From the NCBI GenBank assembly GCA_964016885.1, contig OZ024762.1:4216001-4280000 (forward strand): a stretch of 64,000 nt of DNA. The letters are read 5' to 3'. This stretch comes from Eledone cirrhosa (taxonomy: Eukaryota). The position numbers and the translations under genes are program-made. Positions 12,312 through 23,400 of this stretch are shown here, one piece after another. The number at the start of each line of letters is the position of its first letter. The stretch's first letter is position 1. A model generated the notes under the pieces. That model made no database searches, was not told the origin of the DNA, and saw only the letters and a list, made by a program, of their open reading frames with translations.

Positions 12312-12389
12312 GTAATAATACATACAAACATAGACACATACGTGTGTGTGTGTGTATATATATATATATACATATATTTGTACATATAT

Positions 12390-12432
<43 letters not shown>

Positions 12433-12471
12433 CGAAACAAGTCAATTGCATGAACTCATAATCCTTTATTT

Positions 12472-12527
12472 ACTGCTATATATATTTCGATGATAGCCAT
12501 TGAATGGCTATGACCTCATCAGGCAGT
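12472..12527 (-). ncRNA. Minimal type I hammerhead ribozyme (intact core)
   Basis: Minus strand reads ACTGC-CTGATGA-GGTCATAGCCA ttcaa TGGCTATCATC-GAAA-TATATA-TA^GCAGT: 5-bp stem I, long stem II, palindromic stem III, AUA cleavage triplet. Confidence 0.8.
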
Positions 12528-12586
12528 TAGTCAGTTCTTAGATATGCCAGCTCTGTGTTTATAGTGTTGATGGTATCAGAGCCTTG

Positions 12587-12652
<66 letters not shown>

Positions 12653-12747
12653 TATATATATATTTTTTTTTTAAGTAAAAAGAAATTCAAACACTCAAAT
12701 ATGAAAAAACAACCTGAAAGATATTTTTCCATTTATTAATATTGTTA

Positions 12748-12782
<35 letters not shown>

Positions 12783-12821
12783 TGAGAGAGAGAGAGAGAG
12801 AGTGAGAGAGAGAGAGAGAGT

Positions 12822-12859
<38 letters not shown>

Positions 12860-12920
12860 CATAAGGAGTAATTGCTGGCCTTATGTCAAAAGTAGAAACA
12901 ATTATATATATATGTGTCTT

Positions 12921-12961
<41 letters not shown>

Positions 12962-13568
12962 CTATATAAGCATATATATATAAACATATACATACATATA
13001 TACATACATATATATATATATAAATACATTATATATATGTTTGTGTGTGCGTGTGTATATATATATGTGTGTGCGTGCGTGTATATATATATATATAGAG
13101 AGAGACATATAAACATATCTATAGATCTGTGCATACATATATGTTTATGTGTGTGTGTGTGTGTATATATATATATGTGTGTGTGCGTGCGTGTATATAT
13201 ATATATAGAGAGAGACATATAAACATGTCTATAGATCTGTGCATACATATATGTTTATGTGCGTGCGTGTGTGTGTGTGTATATATATATGTGTGTGCGT
13301 GCGTGTATATATATATGTGTGTGTGCGTGCGTGTATATATATATATAGAGAGAGAGACACATATAAACATGTCTATAGATCTGTGCATACATATATGTTT
13401 ATGTGCGTGCGTGTGTGTGTGTGTATATATATATGTGTGTGCGTGCGTGTATATATATATGTGTGTGTGCGTGCGTGTATATATATATATAGAGAGAGAG
13501 ACACATATAAACATGTCTATAGATCTGTGCATACATATATGTTTATGTGACTTCTCTGTTTTCCCCAG

Positions 13569-13672
13569 AGTATTATACACGTGTCATGCGGATTACGTGA
13601 TTGTTGGACAATCGTCGAGAATTTGTGGAGTCGACAGCAAATGGTCCGGATCGAAACCTTTCTGTATCGAAG
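13569..13672 (+). CDS. Factor C-like exon 6 (second half of CCP2)
   Basis: ttttccccag acceptor; VLYTCHADYVIVGQSSRICGVDSKWSGSKPFCIE; G|gtaaat donor. Confidence 0.92.
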
Positions 13673-13870
13673 GTAAATATCTCGGACATGGAACCTTTCA
13701 ACTCTTTCTATTGATTTTCTTTTCAGTAATCCCTAACCCAACTTTACTGTCAAACTGGTTCTCTATAACATTATGATCTAAAGTTACGTCTCGGAGTCCC
13801 CCAAACATTTTATATAAGATTTCCCAGTCGGTTAGTTTAATAACCGGAATGCTTGTTTAGTTGTTGATTC

Positions 13871-13915
13871 TCATCAAAGATCTTTTGTCACAGATTCTGT
13901 GACCTCATCAGTGAC
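13871..13915 (-). ncRNA. Decayed minimal hammerhead (G12A)
   Basis: GTCA-CTGATGA-G-GTCACAG aat CTGTGAC-AAAA-GATC-TT^TGAT. Confidence 0.5.
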
Positions 13916-14059
13916 TACTTTTGTTGTTATTTTGTGTCTCTTCTTTGTTCTGTTTTTATATATACATATATATTTATACATATATACGTACAAAAACATA
14001 CCCCCTCACATCCCACACACACATGCACATATATATATCCTTCATATCTTTGTATTCAG

Positions 14060-14132
14060 TTATTAGCTGTGAAGATCCAGGAAAGCCGAAAGGAGCAGAA
14101 AGGGTGGAGAAAAAGCCCATAGGTAGTACATT
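14060..14132 (+). CDS. Factor C-like exon 7 (first half of CCP3)
   Basis: tattcag acceptor; VISCEDPGKPKGAERVEKKPIGST; TT|gtaagt donor, phase 2. Confidence 0.87.
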
Positions 14133-14450
14133 GTAAGTATTAAATAATTTAATCACAAATAGATTGTACTAGATTGTAAGAATTACAGTTCCTTCATCAG
14201 GGGGTAAATCCTTCTTCGGAATAAGGGGACAAGTTGAATACATATCATACCTAGCATGTCGTTGCCAGACCGCATGGTGAACAACGTGTTGCATTGCTGA
14301 ATTACTGTATGAATATATCCCAATGTATTAGGACAATACGACAGGCTTATATTGACACTGGAAATAGCAGCCAAAACCGTCTAAATGGGCTCAACAATGA
14401 TGGAACAGTTAATATATATATATCTCCAGATATGTATTAGAATTTCGTAT

Positions 14451-14878
14451 TTCTAAAGAAATACGGTATGTTTACAGGTAAACATTTAGAAAGCCGTAGC
14501 TATGCAAAACACCGGGGCTATCACCCTCTGGTGGTGTCCAGCAGAAGCAAGGGGGACAATCGTCAATGGGCATTTCGAACTTAGCTGGTACTCGCCAGGA
14601 CGATCCCTCCCACACTTTAGACTGCTGGACTTGAAAACAGGCGAGAATATATATGGTTTTCTCGTCTGTGTAAATGAGGTGATTAATCTCATTTGCGTAT
14701 GAAGCTGCTTAAGTTGGCTCAGAGGAGTCGTCCTGATGTGTACCAATTAAGTTCGAAATTCATCGACGATTGTACCCCTTGCTTCTGCTGGACACCACCT
14801 GAGGGCGTTAGCCCCGATGTTTTGCATAGCTACGGCTTTCTAAATGTTTACCTGTAAACATACCGTATTTCTTTAGAA
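14451..14878. mobile_element. Inverted repeat (~150-bp arms) with a decayed hammerhead at each inner end; probable Penelope-like inverted pLTR pair
   Basis: Arms ~14451-14604 and ~14728-14878. Plus-strand HHR 14728-14769: TCGTC-CTGATGT-GTAC..GTTC-GAAA-TTCA-TC^GACGA. Minus-strand HHR 14559-14604: ATCGTC-CTGGCGA-GTAC..GTTC-GAAA-TGCCCA-TT^GACGAT. Confidence 0.75.
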
Positions 14879-14889
14879 CCAGCTCTTGT

Positions 14890-15160
14890 CAAGTCTAAAG
14901 TCTGTCTCAAGCTAGGAGGTTCATCGGGCTGGTGCTTATCTCGGTTTAAGTGGCATTAAGTGACTGAGAGTACAAGACATTCCCCTGGACAGGACGCCAG
15001 TCCATCGCAGGGTTAACCCTCCCCCCAGCTATTGCTAGTACTCATTTGCAACTAAGTGTACCGGAGTTACGTGACATGAAGTGTTTTGCTTAAAAACACA
15101 ACGCCCAACCCAGTCCAGGAATCGAACCCACGACAGTATGGTCGAAGGTGCAACTCCCTT
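14890..15160 (-). mobile_element. tRNA-derived SINE family B (related copies ~10236-10350 +, 53745-53882 -, 60420-60540 -, 60655-61237 -)
   Basis: B-box GGTTCGATTCC on the minus strand; shared body TGTGTTCTTGAGCAAAACACTTCATTTCAC; AGACTTTAGA tail. Confidence 0.7.
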
Positions 15161-15220
<60 letters not shown>

Positions 15221-15541
15221 CAGTATATATAGGGATTGTAACGTCCAGTTACCCTAGGTTGACCAGAGTGACCACTTGATGCGTAGTTTCCAGTAGGTAT
15301 ATTGGTGTTGTACTAAGCAGAATGTAATAATAATTATTTCTACTTTTGGCACAAGGCCAGCAATTAACTGGGCACACGAGCAAAACGACGTGTGTTTTCT
15401 TACCGGCGGCATATCAATAAATCGATTTTCATCTGAGGATACTGTTCTCATAACAACAACAAATGCATGAAGGACTTCTCGATTGCATGGAGGACCGTGG
15501 AAATAATTATAATGATTAAATGATTTATGTAACCTCAGCAT

Positions 15542-15591
<50 letters not shown>

Positions 15592-15797
15592 GGGAAGAAA
15601 GAAGATTACTGCGTGGTTGCACATAGGTTACATATGATAAAAATAGTCCTTCGTCAGTGATTTTCCAACCATCATTGGTATTTCATCGCATTAAAAATCA
15701 GATACCTCAGGTTGGTGCGAGCAATAACTAAAAAAAGTTATTGGGACCAGTAAATCGCGTATATATATATATTTATTACAATTGCATTTCTCTTCAG

Positions 15798-15928
15798 GCA
15801 AGACGCATTTCCCGTCGGAACAGTTCTCAGTTTCAAATGTCCAAAATATTACGAACTGTACGGCTCAGCCAATCGTAAGTGTACACCGACAAAAGAGTGG
15901 ACAGGGAGACAACCCACGTGTGTACCAG
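15798..15928 (+). CDS. Factor C-like exon 8 (second half of CCP3)
   Basis: tctcttcag acceptor; QDAFPVGTVLSFKCPKYYELYGSANRKCTPTKEWTGRQPTCVP; G|gtaatg donor. Confidence 0.92.
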
Positions 15929-15946
15929 GTAATGACTAAGTCTCGT

Positions 15947-16099
<153 letters not shown>

Positions 16100-16464
16100 A
16101 AGATGATTTGTTGTCTTACGTTTATTGATTGGTGACGCGCGTTTCGCTATTGATCAGCTCAAGGTTCGATCTGTATCGATCTGGCCTTACTCTGAAATCA
16201 AAAGCTCGGTGGACCTCTGTTGTTGTAATGGCAGAATGAACGTTCACATGGGACAACTTACAGTAACTTTACGTTAAACTCCCTGGAGATATATATATAT
16301 CAAATGTATGTGTACAATCCAATCAAGAATTAGAGATTAGTTTGTGAGAATTATAAATTAGTAGCGAAGAGGACAGTATGCTCAATACTTAAAATACGTG
16401 GCTTATATTTCTCTTACTTGCTTTCACTGAAAACAAGAAAGAGAAATATAAGCCATACAATAGG

Positions 16465-17675
16465 TATATAGGCAGAGTATATAGGCAGAGTATATAGGCA
16501 GAGTATATAGGCAGAGTATATAGGCAGAGTATATAGGCAGAGTGTATAGGCAGAGTATATAGGCAGAGTATATAGGCAGAGTATATAGGCAGAGTGTATA
16601 GGCAGAGTATATAGGCAGAGTATATAGGCAGAGTATATAGGCAGAGTATATAGGCAGAGTGTATAGGCAGAGTATATAGGCAGAGTATATAGGCAGAGTA
16701 TATAGGCAGAGTATATAGGCAGAGTATATAGGCAGAGTGTATAGGCAGAGTATATAGGCAGAGTATATAGGCAGAGTATATAGGCAGAGTATATAGGCAG
16801 AGTGTATAGGCAGAGTATATAGGCAGAGTATATAGGCAGAGTATATAGGCAGAGTATATAGGCAGAGTATATAGGCAGAGTATATAGGCAGAGTATATAG
16901 GCAGAGTATATAGGCAGAGTGTATAGGCAGAGTATATAGGCAGAGTATATAGGCAGAGTATATAGGCAGAGTGTATAGGCAGAGTATATAGGCAGAGTGT
17001 ATAGGCAGAGTATATAGGCAGAGTATATAGGCAGAGTATATAGGCAGAGTGTATAGGCAGAGTATATAGGCAGAGTATATAGGCAGAGTATATAGGCAGA
17101 GTATATAGGCAGAGTGTATAGGCAGAGTATATAGGCAGAGTATATAGGCAGAGTATATAGGCAGAGTATATAGGCAGAGTATATAGGCAGAGTGTATAGG
17201 CAGAGTATATAGGCAGAGTATATAGGCAGAGTATATAGGCAGAGTATATAGGCAGAGTATATAGGCAGAGTATATAGGCAGAGTATATAGGCAGAGTGTA
17301 TAGGCAGAGTATATAGGCAGAGTATATAGGCAGAGTATATAGGCAGAGTATATAGGCAGAGTATATAGGCAGAGTATATAGGCAGAGTGTATAGGCAGAG
17401 TATATAGGCAGAGTATATAGGCAGAGTATATAGGCAGAGTATATAGGCAGAGTATATAGGCAGAGTATATAGGCAGAGTATATAGGCAGAGTATATAGGC
17501 AGAGTATATAGGCAGAGTGTATAGGCAGAGTATATAGGCAGAGTATATAGGCAGAGTATATAGGCAGAGTATATAGGCAGAGTATATAGGCAGAGTATAT
17601 AGGCAGAGTATATAGGCAGAGTGTATAGGCAGAGTATATAGGCAGAGTGTATAGGCAGAGTATATAGGCAGAGCA
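16465..17675. repeat. 13-bp tandem repeat TAGGCAGAGTRTA (~93 copies)
   Basis: Period 13 read directly. Confidence 0.97.
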
Positions 17676-17739
17676 TAAATATAAAAAAAATATTATAGGA
17701 GAATAAACAACCAAAATTCTTGTGACATGAAAGATGTAC

Positions 17740-18040
17740 GTTTATTTTTGTCGCCTCTGTGATTTGTCTGAGCATTGCATCTTTTCTGTGTGTGGATATC
17801 ATTTTTATCTCTATGTTCTCTAATGTGCCCCTATGTTCTATTTTGGCATGTTGGTAGAGTACTGATGAGTTTTACCCATTCTGGAGTTCTCGCCAGTGTT
17901 CACTTAACCTTTCTCTTATGCTACGGGCTGTTTCACCTACGTATGGTATATTCTTATGCCTACACTGTCGCTCAGTACATCTTATGCTATATACTACGTT
18001 CCTAGTTTTGCAGTTAATTTGTGGACTTAGGAAATGCATA
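17740..18040 (-). mobile_element. Penelope-like element remnant, GIY-YIG endonuclease
   Basis: INCKTRNVVYSIRCTERQCRHKNIPYVGETARSIRERLSEH, in-frame stop, then SVLYQHAKIEH..LRQITEATKI; typical PLE GIY-YIG layout. Confidence 0.85.
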
Positions 18041-18184
18041 GTCTGCAAGCTATCAGCAGTGGGGGATCTTTGTATTAGCAAATTAGCAAAACATACCCAT
18101 TTCAAAGATCCCCTGTGCTGATAGGAAATGCATAGCCTGCAAGCTAAGCCCACAAATTAACATTAAAACGGAAACAAACCCCAT

Positions 18185-18255
18185 AATGTTCAAGAAGTCT
18201 TTGGACAAATTCCTTCAAGAAATCCCGGATAAACCTCTTACACCGGGTGCCCAAA
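18185..18255 (+). mobile_element. CR1/L2-like LINE 3' end fragment
   Basis: FKKSLDKFLQEIPDKPLTPG motif. Confidence 0.5.
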
Positions 18256-18975
18256 CCCTGATTTGAAAGACTTAGCCAGGTAGTGCTATTAAATTAGAGA
18301 TGGACAAAAGTTATCAAAGTTATATATAAATATACTACACACACACCACACATATATATATATATAAAAAATAACAATGGAAAACCAGTTAAGATTTACA
18401 TGATTTTGCTCTACGAATGTTTCAATGCAGTAGATATTCTGGGCGCAGGTCCGCAGTTCTACATATCTCCAGGAGCATAGATGTTGTTTTAACCATTCCA
18501 ATACAAACAAGCAAAAGGTGACATAATACAGGTCAGGCTCATAAAGCAAAACAGCTTGTCAGGTTTTATTACATTAAAAACCGACGAAAGGTATGCTTAA
18601 ATACAGAAAAAGCGGTGAAATAAAGAAATAATATATATATTAGACCACCCGTGAACCGTTGGGTCATGTTCCTTTAAAAATAATTCTTAATTAATTCAAA
18701 TATATACAGACATGTATATAATGTAAACTGAAATTTTCCATCTATTCTCTCACAACCACTATCTCTTTTTCTCTCTCTATTTATGAAGTTACCCGAAGAA
18801 ACCCCGTATCACGGGACCCGTGCTCCGATTTACGCGAAACTTGTTTTATTCCATTTGTATTCCCATTTCAGAGGCAACTTCCTTTCAAAGTATTTTCCCA
18901 TTATGTGCTGTTTTGACTGTATTAGATTACAGACAAGCACACAATCACAGAGTTTTAGTAGTAGTAGTAATAGTA

Positions 18976-19020
<45 letters not shown>

Positions 19021-19226
19021 GATGATTTAGTGTTAAAGAATAAAAACTAATGATGAAATAGAATATACTTTAAAAATTGAGGCCCTCATACGTGTGTGGC
19101 ACTAAGCTATAGCTTGTAGGTATGTCAAGCACTGTTGAATTATATGCCAGTTTTTTCATTCCATTGCCATATTCATTACATCTGTTATTTCCTTCGTTCA
19201 CGTTTATTTTATTTTATTCATTCTAG

Positions 19227-19519
19227 TATGTGGAAAGATTGAAATACCTATTGAGAACATTGACAATATACTGAACGGCAACGCCTACCGCCGGGAAGCT
19301 TTTCCGTGGAATGTGGCTATCTCAACAGACGTAGGACTGAGTGAGACATTGCTGAGATGTGGCGGCACTCTTATCACTGACCAGTGGGTTGTGACAGCGG
19401 CACACTGTGTGGCAGCGGGAGGCACCAAGGACTCTTTGCCTCTACGCCAGATTACAGTATATATCAGTAAAGTGTGGGCAAATAATTCTCGAAATGACGA
19501 TTTTGTCCAGACGTTTCAG
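19227..19519 (+). CDS. Factor C-like exon 9 (activation linker and N-terminal protease domain, catalytic His)
   Basis: VCGKIEIPIENIDN-ILNGNAYRREAFPWNVAIS..LRCGGTLITDQWVVTAAHC..NSRNDDFVQTFQ; CAG|gtaag donor. Confidence 0.95.
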
Positions 19520-19534
19520 GTAAGACAAGGACAC

Positions 19535-20440
19535 TGTCCGTTATTGACAAGTTCACACACACAGGCACACATACAAACACACATACACAGACATGCACAC
19601 ACCGCTATTGACCAGTTCACACACACATGCACACAGAGACACACACACACACCGCTATTGACCAGTTCACACACACAGGCACACATACAAACACACATAC
19701 ACACAGAGACACACACACACACCGCTATTGACCAGTTCACACACACAGGCACACATACAAACACACATACACACAGAGACACACACACACACCGCTATTG
19801 ACCAGTTCACACACACAGGCACACATACAAACACACATACACACAGAGACACACACACACACACCGCTATTGACCAGTTCACAGACACAGGCACACATAC
19901 AAACACACATACACAGACATGAACACAGACACACACACACACCGCTATTGACCAGTTCACACAAACAGGCACACATACAAACACACATACACAGACATGC
20001 ACACAGAGACACACACACACACCGCTATTGACCAGTTCACACAAACAGGCACACATACAAACACACATACACAGACATGAACACAGACACACACACACAC
20101 CGCTATTGACCAGTTCACACACACAGGCACACATACAAACACACATACACAGACATGCACACAGACACACACACACACCGCTATTGACCAGTTCACACAC
20201 ACAGGCACACATACAAACACAGATACACAGACATGCACACAGACACACACACACACCGCTATTGACCAGTTCACACACACAGGCACACATACAAACACAC
20301 ATACACAGACATGCACACAGACACACACACACACCGCTATTGACCAGTTCACACACACAGGCACACATACAAACACACATATACAGACATGCACACAGAC
20401 ACACACACACACCGCTATTGACCAGTTCACACACACACGC
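19535..20440 (+). repeat. ~70-80-bp minisatellite, core ACCGCTATTGACCAGTTCAC plus CA-rich filler
   Basis: About 12 visible copies directly after the exon 9 donor. Confidence 0.9.
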
Positions 20441-20449
20441 AGGTACAGA

Positions 20450-23400
20450 CACTGACCCCTCCCCTTCACACAGTCCACTTGACCAATCGCCTTCACTTAG
20501 CCCACTACTGACCCCTCCCCTTCACCCAGTCCACTACTGACCAATCCCCTTCACCCAGTCCACTACTGACCAATCCCCTTCACCCAGTCCACTACTGACC
20601 AATCCCCTTCACCCAGTCCACTACTGACCAATCCCCTTCACTCAGTCCACTACTGACCAATCCCCTTCACCCAGTCCACTACTGACCAATCCCCTTCACC
20701 CAGTCCACTACTGACCAATCCCCTTCACTCCGTCCACTACTGACCAATCCCCTTCACAGAGTCCACTACTGACCAATCCCCTTCACCCAGTCCACTACTG
20801 ACCAATCCCCTTCACCCAGTCCACTACTGACCAATCCCCTTCACCCAGTCCACTACTGACCAATCCCCTTCACACAGTCCACTACTGACCAATCCCCTTC
20901 ACCCAGTCCACTACTGACCAAACCCCTTCACCCAGTCCACTACTGACCAATCCCCTTCACTCAGTCCACTACTGACCAATCCCCTTCAGCCAGTCCACTA
21001 CTGACCAATCCCCTTCACCCAGTCCACTACTGACCAATCCCCTTCACCCAGTCCACTAGTGACCAATCCCCTTCACCCAGTCCACTACTGACCAATCCCC
21101 TTCACCCAGTCCACTACTGACCAATCCCCTTCACCCAGTGCACTACTGACCAATCCCCTTCACAGAGTCCACTACTGACCAATCCCCTTCACCCAGTCCA
21201 CTACTGACCAATCCCCTTCACACAGTCCACTACTGACCAATCCCCTTCACCCAGTCCACTACTGACCAATCCCCTTCACCCAGTCCACTACTGACCAATC
21301 CCCTTCACTCAGTCCACTACTGACCAATCCCCTTCACAGAGTCCACTACTGACCAATCCCCTTCACCCAGTCCACTACTGACCAATCCCCTTCACCCAGT
21401 CCACTACTGACCAATCCCCTTCACCCAGTCCACTACTGACTCCCCACTTCACTCAGTCCACTACTGACCCCCCACTTCACACAGTCCACTACTGACCCCC
21501 CACTTCCCCCAGTCCACTAGTGACCCCCCACTTCACCCAGTCCACTACTGACCCCCCACTTCACACAGTCCACTAGTGACCCCCCACTTCACCCAGTCCA
21601 CTACTGACCAATCCCCTTCACCCAGTCCACTACTGACCCCCCACTTCACTCAGTCCACTACTGACCCCCCACTTCACACAGTCCACTAGTGACCCCCCAC
21701 TTCACCCAGTCCACTACTGACCCCCCACTTCACCCAGTCCACTACTGACCCCCCACTTCACACAGTCCACTACTGACCCCCCACTTCACACAGTCCACTA
21801 CTGACCCCCCACTTAACCCAGTCCACTACTGACCCCCCACTTAACCCAGTCCACTCCTGACCCCCCACTTCACCCAGTCCACTACTGACCCTCCACTTCA
21901 CACAGTTCACTACTGACTCCCCACTTCACCCAGTCCACTACTGACCCCCCACTTCACACAGTCCACTACTGACCCCCACTTCACTCAGTCCACTACTGAC
22001 TCCCCACTTCACCCAGTCCACTACTGACTCCCCACTTCACACAGTCCACTAGTGACCCCCCACTTCACTCAGTCCACTACTGACTCCCCACTTCACCCAG
22101 TCCACTACTGACCCCCCACTTCACACAGTCCGCTAGTGACCCCCCACTTCACCCAGTCCACTACTGACCTCCCACTTCACCCAGTCCACTAGTGACCCCC
22201 CACTTCACCCAGTCCACTACTGACCCCCCACTTCACACAGTCCGCTAGTGACCCCCCACTTCACACAGTCCACTACTGACCCCCCACTTCACACAGTCCA
22301 CTACTGTCCCCCACTTCACACAGTCCACTACTGACCCCCCACTTCACCCAGTCCACTACTGACCCCCCACTTCACCCAGTCCACTACTGACCCCCCACTT
22401 CACCCAGTCCACTACTGACCCCCCACTTCACCCAGTCCACTACTGACCCCCCACTTCACCCAGTCCACTACTGACCCCCCACTTCACACAGTCCGCTACT
22501 GACCCCCCACTTCACACAGTCCACTACTGACCCCCCACTTCACCCAGTCCACTACTGACCCCCCACTTCACCCAGTCCACTACTGACCCCCCACTTCACC
22601 CAGTCCACTACTGACCCCCCACTTCACCCAGTCCACTACTGACCCCCCACTTCACCCAGTCCACTACTGACCCCCCACTTCACACAGTCCGCTACTGACC
22701 CCCCACTTCACCCAGTCCACTACTGACCCCCCACTTCACCCAGTCCACTAGTGACCCCCCACTTCACCCAGTCCACTACTGACCCCCCACTTCACAGTCC
22801 ACTACTGACCCCCCACTTCACACAGTCCACTACTGACCCCCCACTTCACACAGTCCACTACTGACCCCCCACTTCACAGTCCACTAGTGACCCCCCACTT
22901 CACAGTCCGCTAGTGACCCCCCACTTCACACAGTCCACTACTGACCCCCCACTTCACACAGTCCACTACTGACTCCCCACTTCACCCAGTCCACTACTGA
23001 CCCCCCACTTCACAGTCCACTACTGACCCCCCACTTCACACAGTCCACTACTGACCCCCCACTTCACCCAGTCCACTACTGACCCCCTACTTCACACAGT
23101 CCACTACTGACCCCCCACTTCACACAGTCCGCTAGTGACCCCCCACTTCACACAGTCCACTAGTGACCCCCCACTTCACCCAGTCCACTACTGACCCCCC
23201 ACTTCACACAGTCCACTACTGACTCCCCACTTCACCCAGTCCACTACTGACCCCCCACTTCACGCAGTCCACTACTGACCCCCCACTTCACACAGTCCAC
23301 TACTGACCCCCCACTTCACCCAGTCCACTACTGACCCCCCACTTCACCCAGTCCACTACTGACCCCCCACTTCACCCAGTCCACTACTGACCCCCCACTT

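Noticed and set aside
14165-14210. Hammerhead candidates at CTGATGA 14194-14200 (-), CTGACGA ~15651 (-) and CTGATGA ~17862 (+)
   Set aside because: No GAAA closing stem II, or no stem I complement.
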